From NCBI RefSeq assembly GCF_009914755.1, contig NC_060925.1: 64,000 nt of DNA; one strand, written 5' to 3'. Numbering within the stretch: position 1 is the stretch's first letter; each line of letters opens with the position of its first letter. The translations under genes and the position numbers were made by a program. Positions 41,401 through 54,429 of the stretch are shown here, piece after piece. The notes under the pieces are model-generated. The model made no database searches, was not told where the DNA came from, and saw only the letters and a list, made by a program, of their open reading frames with translations. Origin of the DNA: the human T2T-CHM13v2.0 reference genome, Homo sapiens.

Positions 41401-44155
41401 AGAAATCCCGTTTCCAACGAAGGCCTCAAAGGGGTCTGAATATCCACTTGCAGACTTTATAAACAGAGTGTTTACTAACTGCTCTATGAAAAGAAAGGTT
41501 AAACTCTGTGAGTTGAACACACACATCACAAAGGAGTTTCTGAGAATCATTCTGTCTAGTTTTTCTACGAAGATATTTACTTTTCTACTATTGACCTCAA
41601 AGCGGCTGAAATCTCCACTTGCAAATTCCACAAAAAGAGTGTTTCAAGTCTGCTCTGTGTAAAGGATCGTTCAACTCTGTGAGTTGAATACACACAACAC
41701 AAGGAAGTTACTGAGAATTCTTCTGTCTAGCAGAATATGAAGATATCCCGTTTCCAACGAAGGCCTCAAAGAGGTCTGAATATCCACTTGCAGACTTTAC
41801 AAACAGAGTGTTTCCTAACTGCTCTATGAAAAGAAAGGTTAAACTCTGTGAGTTGAACGCACACATCACAAAGGAGTTTCTGAGAATCGTTCTGTCTAGT
41901 TTCTATAGGAAGATATTTCCTATTCTACCATTGACCTCAAAGCGGCTGAAATCTCCACTTGCAAATTCCACAAAAAGAATGTTTCAAGTCTGCTCTGTGT
42001 AAACGATCGTTCAACTCTGTGAGTTGAATACACACAACACAAGGAAGTTACTGAGAATTCTTCTGTCTAGCATAATATGAAGAAATTCCGTTTCCAACGA
42101 AGGCCTCAAAGAGGTCTGAATATCCACTTGCAGACTTTACAAACAGAGTGTTTCCTAACTGCTCTATGAAAAGAAAAGTTAAACTCTTTGAGTTGAACGC
42201 ACACATCACAAAGGAGTTTCTGAGAATCATTCTGTCTAGTCTTTATACGAAGATATTTCCTTTTCTACCATTGACCTCAAAGCGGCTGAAATGTCCACTT
42301 GCAAATTCCACAAAAAGAGTGTTTCAAGTCTGCTCTGTGTAAAGGATCGTTCAACTCTGTGAGTTGAATACACACAACACAAGGAAGTTACTGAGAATTC
42401 TTCTGTCTAGCAGAATATGAAGAAATCCCGTTTCCAACGAAGGCCTCAAGGAGGTCAGAATATCCACTTGCAGACTTTACAAACAGAGTGTTTCCTAACT
42501 GCTCTATGAACAGAAAGGTTAAACTCTGTGAGTTGAACGCACACATCACAAAGGAGTTTCTGAGAATCATTCTGTCTAGTCTTTATACGAAGATATTTAC
42601 TTTTCTACCATTGACCTCAAAGCGGCTGAAATCTCCACTTGCAAATTCCACAAAAAGAGTGTTTCAAGTCTGCTCTGTGTAAAGGATCCTTCAACTCTGT
42701 GAGTTGAATAAACACAACACAAGGAAGTTACTGAGAATTATTCTGTCTAGCAGAATATGAAGAAATCCCGTTTCCAACGAAGGCCTCAAGGAGGTCTGAA
42801 TATCCACTTGCAGACTTTACAAACAGAGTGTTTCCTAACTGCTCTATGAACAGAAAGGTTAAACTCTGTGAGTTGAACGCACACATCACAAAGGAGTTTC
42901 TGAGAATCATTCTGTCTAGTCTTTATACGAAGATATTTACTTTTCTACCATTGACCTCAAAGCGGCTGAAATCTCCACTTGCAAATTCCACAAAAAGAGT
43001 GTTTCAAGTCTGCTCTGTGTAAAGGATCATTCAACTCTGTGAGTTGAATAAACACAACACAAGGAAGTTACTGAGAATTCTTCTGTCTAGCAGAATATGA
43101 AGAAATCCCGTTTCCAACGAAGGCCTCAAGGAGGTCTGAATATCCACTTGCAGACATTACAAACAGAGTGTTTCCTAACTGCTCTATGAAAAGAAAGGTT
43201 AAACTCTGTGAGTTGAACGCACACATCACAAAGGAGTTTATGAGAATCATTCTGTCTAGTTTCTATAAGAAGATATTTCCTATTCTACCATTGACCTCAA
43301 AGCGGCTGAAATCTCCACTTGCAAATTCGACAAAAAGAGTGTTTCAAGCCTGCTCTCTGTAAAGGATCCTTCAACTCTGTGAGTTGAATACACACAACAC
43401 AAGGAAGTTACTGAGAATTATTCTGTCTAGCATAATATGAAGAAATCCCGTTTCCAACGAAGGCCTCAAAGAGGTCTGAATATCCACTTGCAGACTTTAC
43501 AAGCAGAGTGTTTCCTAACTGCTCTATGAGAAGAAAAGTTAAACTCTGTGAGTTGAACGCACACATCACAAAAGATTTTCAGAGAATCATTCTGTCTAGT
43601 CTTTATATGAAGATAGTTTCCTTTTCTACCATTGACCTCAAAGCGGCTGAAATCTCCACTTGCAAATTCCACAAAAAGAGTGTTTCAAGTCTGCTCTGTG
43701 TAAAGGATCGTTCAACTCTGTGAGTTGAATACACACAACACAAGGAAGTTACTGAGAATTCTTCTGTCTAGCAGAATATGAAGAAATCCCGTTTCCAACG
43801 AAGGCCACAAGATGTCAGAATATCCACTTACAGACTTTACAAACAGAGTGTTTCCTAACTGCTCTATGAACAGAAAGGTTAAACTCTGTGAGTTGAACGA
43901 ACACATCACAACGCAGTTTGTGGGAATGATTCTGTCTAGTTTTGAAACGAAGATATTTCCTTTTCTGCCGTTGACCTTAAAGCGCTTGAAATCTACACTT
44001 GCAAATTGCACAAATAGAGTGTTTCAAATCTGCTCTGTCTAAGGGAACGTTCAACTCTGTGAGTTGAATGCACACAACACAAGGAAGTTACTGGGAATTC
44101 TTCTGTCTAGCCTTACATGAAAAAAAACCCGTTTCCAACGAAGGCCTCTAAGTGG

Positions 44156-46876
44156 TCAAAATATCCACGTGCAGACATTAAAAACAGAGTGTTTCCAAAC
44201 CGCTGAATGAAAAGAAAAGTTAAACTCTGAGAGTTGAACGCACACATCACGCAGCAGTTTCTGAGAATGATTCTGTCTAGTTTTTATACGAAGATATTTC
44301 CTTTTCTGCCCTTGGCCCCAAAGCGCTTGAAATCTCCACTTGCAAATTCCACAAAAACAGTGTTTCAAATCTGCTCTCTCTACATGAAAGTTCAACTCTG
44401 TCAGTTGAATACACACAACACAAGGAAGTTACTGAGAATTCTTCTGTCTAGCATAATATGAAGAAATCCCGTTTCCAACGAAGGCCTCAAAGGGGTCTGA
44501 ATATCCACTTGCAGACTTTATAAACAGAGTGTTTACTAACTGCTCTATGAAAAGAAAGGTTAAACTCTGTGAGTTGAACACACACATCACAAAGGAGTTT
44601 CTGAGAATCATTCTGCCTAGTTTTTCTACGAAGATATTTCCTTTTCTACTATTGACCTCAAAGCGGCTGAAATCTCCACTTGCAAATTCCACAAAAAGAG
44701 TGTTTCAAGTCTGCTCTGTGTAAAGGATCGTTCAACTCTGTGAGTTGAATACACACAACACAAGGAAGTTACTGAGAATTCTTCTGTCTAGCAGAATAGG
44801 AAGAAATCCCGTTTCCAACGAAGGCCTCAAAGAGGTCTGAATATCCACTTGCAGACTTTACAAACAGAGTGTTTCCTAACTGCTCTATGAAAAGAAAAGT
44901 TAAACTCTGTGAGTTGAACGCACACATCACAAAGGAGTTTCTGAGAATCGTTCTGTCTAGTTTCTATAGGAAGATATTTCCTATTCTACCATTGACCTCA
45001 AAGCGGCTGAAATCTCCACTTGCAAATTCCACAAAAAGAATGTTTCAAGTCTGCTCTGTGTAAAGGATCGTTCAACTCTGTGAGTTGAATACACACAACA
45101 CAAGGAAGTTACTGAGAATTATTCTGTCTAGCATAATATGAAGAAATCCCGTTTCCAACGAAGGCCTCAAAGAGGTCTGAATATCCACTTGCAGACTTTA
45201 CAAACAGAGTGTTTCCTAACTGCTCTATGAAAAGAAAAGTTAAACTCTGTGAGTTGAACGCACACATCACAAAGGAGTTTATGAGAATCATTCTGTCTAG
45301 TCTTTATACGAAGATATTTCCTTTTCTACCATTGACCTCAAAGCGGCTGAAATCTCCACTTGCAAATTCCACAAAAAGAGTGTTTCAAGTCTGCTCTGTG
45401 TAAAGGATCGTTCAACTCTGTGAGTTGAATACACACAACACAAGGAAGTTACTGAGAATTCTTCTGTCTAGCAGAATATGAAGAAATCCCGTTTCCAACG
45501 AAGGCCTCAAGGAGGTCTGAATATCCACTTGCAGACTGTACAAACAGAGTGTTTCCTAACTGCTCTATGAACAGAAAGGTTAAACTCTGTGAGTTGAACG
45601 CACACATCACAAAGGAGTTTCTGAGAATCATTCTGTCTAGTCTTTATACGAAGATATTTACTTTTCTACCATTGACCTCAAAGCGGCTGAAATCTCCACT
45701 TGCAAATTCCACAAAAAGAGTGTTTCAAGTCTGCTCTGTGTAAAGGATCATTCAACTCTGTGAGTTGAATAAACACAACACAAGGAAGTTACTGAGAATT
45801 CTTCTGTCTAGCAGAATATGAAGAAATCCCGTTTCCAACGAAGGCCTCAAGGAGGTCTGAATATCCACTTGCAGACATTACAAACAGAGTGTTTCCTAAC
45901 TGCTCTATGAAAAGAAAGGTTAAACTCTGTGAGTTGAACGCACACATCACAAAGGAGTTTATGAGAATCATTCTGTCTAGTTTCTATAAGAAGATATTTC
46001 CTATTCTACCATTGACCTCAAAGCGGCTGAAATCTCCACTTGCAAATTCGACAAACAGAGTGTTTCAAGCCTGCTCTCTGTAAAGGATCCTTCAACTCTG
46101 TGAGTTGAATACACACAACACAAGGAAGTTACTGAGAATTATTCTGTCTAGCATAATATGAAGAAATCCCGTTTCCAACGAAGGCCTCAAAGAGGTCTGA
46201 ATATCCACTTGCAGACTTTACAAACAGAGTGTTTCCTAACTGCTCTATGAGAAGAAAAGTTAAACTCTGTGAGTTGAACGCACACATCACAAAAGATTTT
46301 CTGAGAATCATTCTGTCTAGTCTTTATATGAAGATAGTTTCCTTTTCTACCATTGACCTCAAAGCGGCTGAAATCTCCACTTGCAAATTCCACAAAAAGA
46401 GTGTTTCAAGTCTGCTCTGTGTAAAGGATCGTTCAACTCTGTGAGTTGAATACACACAACACAAGGAAGTTACTGAGAATTGTTCTGTCTAGCAGAATAT
46501 GAAGAAATCCCGTTTCCAACGAAGGCCACAAGATGTCAGAATATCCACTTACAGACTTTACAAACAGAGTGTTTCCTAACTGCTCTATGAACAGAAAGGT
46601 TAAACTCTGTGAGTTGAACGAACACATCACAACGCAGTTTGTGGGAATGATTCTGTCTAGTTTTGAAACGAAGATATTTCCTTTTCTGCCGTTGACCTTA
46701 AAGCGCTTGAAATCTACACTTGCAAATTGCACAAATAGAGTGTTTCAAATCTGCTCTGTCTAAGGGAACGTTCAACTCTGTGAGTTGAATGCACACAACA
46801 CAAGGAAGTTACTGGGAATTCTTCTGTCTAGCCTTACATGAAAAAAAACCCGTTTCCAACGAAGGCCTCTAAGTGG
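44156..46876 (-). repeat. 16-mer (8-dimer, 2721 bp) HOR variant with eight distinguishable dimers
   Basis: Marker spacing is 44416->47137, and each dimer carries its own diagnostic SNVs. The same order recurs at 52318-55037. Confidence 0.75.
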
Positions 46877-49800
46877 TCAAAATATCCACGTGCAGACTTT
46901 ACAAACAGAGTGTTTCCAAACCGCTGAATGAAAAGAAAAGTTAAACTCTGAGAGTTGAACGCACACATCACGCAGCAGTTTCTGAGAATGATTCTGTCTA
47001 GTTTTTATACGAAGATATTTCCTTTTCTGCCCTTGGCCCCAAAGCGCTTGAAATCTCCACTTGCAAATTCCACAAAAACAGTGTTTCAAATCTGCTCTCT
47101 CTACATGAAAGTTCAACTCTGTCAGTTGAATACACACAACACAAGGAAGTTACTGAGAATTCTTCTGTCTAGCATAATATGAAGAAATCCCGTTTCCAAC
47201 GAAGGCCTCAAAGGGGTCTGAATATCCACTTGCAGACTTTATAAACAGAGTGTTTACTAACTGCTCTATGAAAAGAAAGGTTAAACTCTGTGAGTTGAAC
47301 ACACACATCACAAAGGAGTTTCTGAGAATCATTCTGCCTAGTTTTTCTACGAAGATATTTCCTTTTCTACTATTGACCTCAAAGCGGCTGAAATCTCCAC
47401 TTGCAAATTCCACAAAAAGAGTGTTTCAAGTCTGCTCTGTGTAAAGGATCGTTCAACTCTGTGAGTTGAATACACACAACACAAGGAAGTTACTGAGAAT
47501 TCTTCTGTCTAGCAGAATATGAAGAAATCCCGTTTCCAACGAAGGCCTCAAAGAGGTCTGAATATCCACTTGCAGACTTTACAAACAGAGTGTTTCCTAA
47601 CTGCTCTATGAAAAGAAAGGTTAAACTCTGTGAGTTGAACGCACACATCACAAAGGAGTTTCTGAGAATCATTCTGTCTAGTCTTTATACGAAGATATTT
47701 CCTTTTCTACCATTGACCTCAAAGCGGCTGAAATCTCCACTTGCAAATTCCACAAAAAGAGTGTTTCAAGTCTGCTCTGTGTAAAGGATCGTACAACTCT
47801 GTGAGTTGAATACACACAACACAAGGAAGTTACTGAGAATTCTTCTGTCTAGCAGAATATGAAGAAATCCCGTTTCCAACGAAGGCCTCAAGGAGGTCTG
47901 AATATCCACTTGCAGACTTTACAAACAGAGTGTTTCCTAACTGCTCTATGAACAGAAAGGTTAAACTCTGAGAGTTGAACGCACACATCACGCAGCAGTT
48001 TCTGAGAATGATTCTGTCTAGTTTTGAAACGAAGAAATTTCCTTTTCTGCCATTGACCTTAAAGCGCTTGAAATCTACACTTGCAAATTGCACAAATAGA
48101 GTGTTTCAAATCTGCTCTGTCTAAGGGAACGTTCAACTCTGTGAGTTGAATGCACACAACACAAGGAAGTTACTGGGAATTCTTCTGTCTAGCCTTACAT
48201 GAAGAAAACCCGTTTCCAACGAAGGCCTCTAAGTGGTCAAAATATCCACGTGCAGACTTTACAAAGAGAGTGTTTCCAAACCGCTGAATGAAAAGAAAAG
48301 TTAAACTCTGAGAGTTGAACGCACACATCACGCAGCAGTTTCTGAGAATGATTCTGTCTAGTTTTTATACGAAGATATTTCCTTTTCTGCCTTTGGCCCC
48401 AAAGCGCTTGAAATCTCCACTTGCAAATTCCACAAAAACAGTGTTTCAAATCTGCTCTCTCTAAATGAAAGTTCAACTCTGTCAGTTGAATACACACAAC
48501 ACAAGGAAGTTACTGAGAATTCTTCTGTCTAGCATAATATGAAGAAATCCCGTTTCCAACGAAGGCCTCAAAGGGGTCTGAATATCCACTTGCAGACTTT
48601 ATAAACAGAGTGTTTACTAACTGCTCTATGAAAAGAAAGGTTAAACTCTGTGAGTTGAACACACACATCACAAAGGAGTTTCTGAGAATCATTCTGTCTA
48701 GTTTTTCTACGAAGATATTTCCTTTTCTACTATTGACCTCAAAGCGGCTGAAATCTCCACTTGCAAATTCCACAAAAAGAGTGTTTCAAGTCTGCTCTGT
48801 GTAAAGGATCGTTCAACTCTGTGAGTTGAATACACACAACACAAGGAAGTTACTGAGAATTCTTCTGTCTAGCAGAATATGAAGAAATCCCGTTTCCAAC
48901 GAAGGCCTGAAAGAGGTCTGAATATCCACTTGCAGACTTTACAAACAGAGTGTTTCCTAACTGCTCTATGAAAAGAAAGGTTAAACTCTGTGAGTTGAAC
49001 GCACACATCACAAAGGAGTTTCTGAGAATCGTTCTGTCTAGTTTCTATAGGAAGATATTTCCTATTCTACCATTGACCTGAAAGCGGCTGAAATCTCCAC
49101 TTGCAAATTCCACAAAAAGAATGTTTCAAGTCTGCTCTGTGTAAACGATCGTTCAACTCTGTGAGTTGAATACACACAACACAAGGAAGTTACTGAGAAT
49201 TCTTCTGTCTAGCATAATATGAAGAAATCCCGTTTCCAACGAAGGCCTCAAAGAGGTCTGAATATCCACTTGCAGACTTTACAAACAGAGTGTTTCCTAA
49301 CTGCTCTATGAAAAGAAAAGTTAAACTCTGTGATTTGAACGCACACATCACAAAGGAGTTTCTGAGAATCATTCTGTCTGGTCTTTATACGAAGATATTT
49401 CCTTTTCTACCATTGACCTCAAAGCGGCTGAAATCTCCACTTGCAAATTCCACAAAAAGAGTGTTTCATGTCTGCTCTGTGTAAAGGATCATTCAACTCT
49501 GTGAGTTGAATAAACACAACACCAGGAAGTTACTGAGAATTCTTCTGTCTAGCAGAATATGAAGAAATCCCGTTTCCAACGAAGGCCTCAAGGAGGTCTG
49601 AATATCCACTTGCAGACTTTACAAACAGAGTGTTTCCTAACTGCTCTATGAAAAGAAAGGTTAAACTCTGTGAGTTGAACGCACACATCACAAAGGAGTT
49701 TATGAGAATCATTCTGTCTAGTTTCTATAAGAAGATATTTCCTATTCTACCATTGACCTCAAAGCGGCTGAAATCTCCACTTGCAAATTCGACAAAAAGA

Positions 49801-52800
49801 GTGTTTCAAGCCTGCTCTCTGTAAAGGATCCTTCAACTCTGTGAGTTGAATACACACAACACAAGGAAGTTACTGAGAATTATTCTGTCTAGCATAATAT
49901 GAAGAAATCCCGTTTCCAACGAAGGCCTCAAAGAGGTCTGAATATCCACTTGCACACTTTACAAACAGAGTGTTTCCTAACTGCTCTATGAGAAGAAAAG
50001 TTAAACTCTGTGAGTTGAACGCACACATCACAAAAGATTTTCTGAGAATCATTCTGTCTAGTCTTTATATGAAGATAGTTTCCTTTTCTACCATTGACCT
50101 CAAAGCGGCTGAAATCTCCACTTGCAAATTCCACAAAAAGAGTGTTTCAAGTCTGCTCTGTGTAAAGGATCGTTCAACTCTGTGAGTTGAATACACACAA
50201 CACAAGGAAGTTACTGAGAATTCTTCTGTCTAGCAGAATATGAAGAAATCCCGTTTCCAACGAAGGCCACAAGATGTCAGAATATCCACTTACAGACTTT
50301 ACAAACAGAGTGTTTCCTAACTGCTCTATGAACAGAAAGGTTAAACTCTGTGAGTTGAACGAACACATCACAACGCAGTTTGTGGGAATGATTCTGTCTA
50401 GTTTTGAAACGAAGATATTTCCTTTTCTGCCATTGACCTTAAAGCGCTTGAAATCTACACTTGCAAATTGCACAAATAGAGTGTTTCAAATCTGCTCTGT
50501 CTAAGGGAACGTTCAACTCTGTGAGTTGAATGCACACAACACAAGGAAGTTACTGGGAATTCTTCTGTCTAGCCTTACCTGAAAAAAACCCGTTTCCAAC
50601 GAAGGCCTCTAAGTGGTCAAAATTTCCACGTGCAGACTTTACAAACAGAGTGTTTCCAAACCGCTGAATGAAAAGAAAAGTTAAACTCTGAGAGTTGAAC
50701 GCACACATCACGCAGCAGTTTCTGAGAATGATTCTGTCTAGTTTTTATACGAAGATATTTCCTTTTCTGCCTTTGGCCCCAAAGCGCTTGAAATCTCCAC
50801 TTGCAAATTCCACAAAAACAGTGTTTCAAATCTGCTCTCTCTAAATGAAAGTTCAACTCTGTCAGTTGAATACACACAACACAAGGAAGTTACTGAGAAT
50901 TCTTCTGTCTAGCATAATATGAAGAAATCCCGTTTCCAACGAAGGCCTCAAAGGGGTCTGAATATCCACTTGCAGACTTTATAAACAGAGTGTTTACTAA
51001 CTGCTCTATGAAAAGAAAGGTTAAACTCTGTGAGTTGAACACACACATCACAAAGGAGTTTCTGAGAATCATTCTGTCTAGTTTTTCTACGAAGATATTT
51101 CCTTTTCTACTATTGACCTCAAAGCGGCTGAAATCTCCACTTGCAAATTCCACAAAAAGAGTGTTTCAAGTCTGCTCTGTGTAAAGGATCGTTCAACTCT
51201 GTGAGTTGAATACACACAACACAAGGAAGTTACTGAGAATTCTTCTGTCTAGCAGAATATGTAGAAATCCCGTTTCCAACGAAGGTCTCAAGGAGGTCTG
51301 AATATCCACTTGCAGACTTTACAAACAGAGTGTTTCCTAACTGCTCTATGAACAGAAAGGTTAAACTCTGTGAGTTGAACGCACACATCACAAAGGAGTT
51401 TCTGAGAATCATTCTGTCTAGTTTCTATAAGAAGATATTTCCTATTCTACCATTGACCTCAAAGCGGCTGAAATCTCCACTTGCAAATTCGACAAAAAGA
51501 GTGTTTCAAGCCTGCTCTCTGTAAAGGATCCTTCAACTCTGTGAGTTGAATACACACAACACAAGGAAGTTACTGAGAATTCTTCTGTCTAGCATAATAT
51601 GAAGAAATCCCGTTTCCAACGAAGGCCTCAAAGAGGTCTGAATATCCACTTGCAGACTTTACAAACAGAGTGTTTCCTAACTGCTCTATGAGAAGAAAAG
51701 TTAAACTCTGTGAGTTGAACGCACACATCACAAAAGATTTTCTGAGAATCATTCTGTCTAGTCTTTATATGAAGATAGTTTCCTTTTCTACCATTGACCT
51801 CAAAGCGGCTGAAATCTCCACTTGCAAATTCCACAAAAAGAGTGTTTCAAGTCTGCTCTGTGTAAAGGATCGTTCAACTCTGTGAGTTGAATACACACAA
51901 CACAAGGAAGTTACTGAGAATTCTTCTGTCTAGCAGAATATGAAGAAATCCCGTTTCCAACGAAGGCCTCTAGGAGGTCTGAATATCCACTTGCAGACTT
52001 TACAAACAGAGTGTTTCCTAACTGCTCTATGAACAGAAAGGTTAAACTCTGTGAGTTGAACGAACACATCACAACGCAGTTTGTGGGAATGATTCTGTCT
52101 AGTTTTGAAACGAAGATATTTCCTTTTCTGCCGTTGACCTTAAAGCGCTTGAAATCTACACTTGCAAATTGCACAAATAGAGTGTTTCAAATCTGCTCTG
52201 TCTAAGGGAACGTTCAACTCTGTGAGTTGAATGCACACAACACAAGGAAGTTACTGGGAATTCTTCTGCCTAGCCTTACATGAAAAAAACCCGTTTCCAA
52301 CGAAGGCCTCTAAGTGGTCAAAATATCCACGTGCAGACTTTACAAACAGAGTGTTTCAGAACCGCTGAATGAAAAGAAAAGTTAAACTCTGAGAGTTGAA
52401 CGCACACATCACGCAGCAGTTTCTGAGAATGATTCTGTCTAGTTTTTATACGAAGATATTTCCTTTTCTGCCTTTGGCCCCAAAGCGCTTGAAATCTCCA
52501 CTTGCAAATTCCACAAAAACAGTGTTTCAAATCTGCTCTCTCTAAATGAAAGTTCAACTCTGTCAGTTGAATACACACAACACAAGGAAGTTACTGAGAA
52601 TTCTTCTGTCTAGCATAATATGAAGAAATCCCGTTTCCAACGAAGGCCTCCAAGGGGTCTGAATATCCACTTGCAGACTTTATAAACAGAGTGTTTACTA
52701 ACTGCTCTATGAAAAGAAAGGTTAAACTCTGTGAGTTGAACACACACATCACAAAGGAGTTTCTGAGAATCATTCTGTCTAGTTTTTCTACGAAGATATT

Positions 52801-54429
52801 TCCTTTTCTACTATTGACCTGAAAGCGGCTGAAATCTCCACTTGCAAATTCCACAAAAAGAGTGTTTCAAGTCTGCTCTGTGTAAAGGATCGTTCAACTC
52901 TGTGAGTTGAATACACACAACACAAGGAAATTACTGAGAATTCTTCTGTCTAGCAGAATAGGAAGAAATCCCGTTTCCAACGAAGGCCTCAAAGAGGTCT
53001 GAATATCCACTTGCAGACTTTACAAACAGAGTGTTTCCTAACTGCTCTATGAAAAGAAAAGTTAAACTCTGTGAGTTGAACGCACACATCACAAAGGAGT
53101 TTCTGAGAATCGTTCTGTCTAGTTTCTATAGGAAGATATTTCCTATTCTACCATTGACCTCAAAGCGGCTGAAATCTCCAGTTGCAAATTCCACAAAAAG
53201 AATGTTTCAAGTCTGCTCTGTGTAAAGGATCGTTCAACTCTGTGAGTTGAATACACACAACACAAGGAAGTTACTGAGAATTATTCTGTCTAGCATAATA
53301 TGAAGAAATCCCGTTTCCAACGAAGGCCTCAAAGAGGTCTGAATATCCACTTGCAGACTTTACAAACAGAGTGTTTCCTAACTGCTCTATGAAAAGAAAA
53401 GTTAAACTTTGTGAGTTGAACGCACACATCACAAAGGAGTTTATGAGAATCATTCTGTCTAGTCTTTATACGAAGATATTTCCTTTTCTACCATTGACCT
53501 CAAAGCGGCTGAAATCTCCACTTGCAAATTCCACAAAAAGAGTGTTTCAAGTCTGCTCTGTGTAAAGGATCGTTCAACTCTGTGAGATGAATACACACAA
53601 CACAAGGAAGTTACTGAGAATTCTTCTGTCTAGCAGAATATGAAGAAATCCCGTTTCCAACGAAGGCCTCAAGGAGGTCTGAATATCCACTTGCAGACTT
53701 TACAAACAGAGTGTTTCCTAACTGCTCTATGAACAGAAAGGTTAAACTCTGTGAGTTGAACGCACACATCACAAAGGAGTTTCTGAGAATCATTCTGTCT
53801 AGTCTTTATACGAAGATATTTCCTATTCTACCATTGACCTCAAAGCGGCTGAAATCTCCACTTGCAAATTCCACAAAAAGAGTGTTTCAAGTCTGCTCTG
53901 TGTAAAGGATCATTCAACTCTGTGAGTTGAATAAACACAACACAAGGAAGTTACTGAGAATTCTTCTGTCTAGCAGAATATGAAGAAATCCCGTTTCCAA
54001 CGAAGGCCTCAAGGAGGTCTGAATATCCACTTGCAGACTTTTCAAACAGAGTGTTTCCTAACTGCTCTATGAAAAGAAAGGTTAAACTCTGTGAGTTGAA
54101 CGCACACATCACAAAGGAGTTTATGAGAATCATTCTGTCTAGTTTCTATAAGAAGATATTTCCTATTCTACCATTGACCTCAAAGCGGCTGAAATCTCCA
54201 CTTGCAAATTCGACAAAAAGAGTGTTTCAAGCCTGCTCTCTGTAAAGGATCCTTCAACTCTGTGAGTTGAATACACACAACACAAGGAAGTTACTGAGAA
54301 TTATTCTGTCTAGCAAAATATGAAGAAATCCCGTTTCCAACGAAGGCCTCAAAGAGGTCTGAATATCCACTTGCAGACTTTACAAACAGAGTGTTTCCTA
54401 ACTGCTCTATGAGAAGAAAAGTTAAACTC

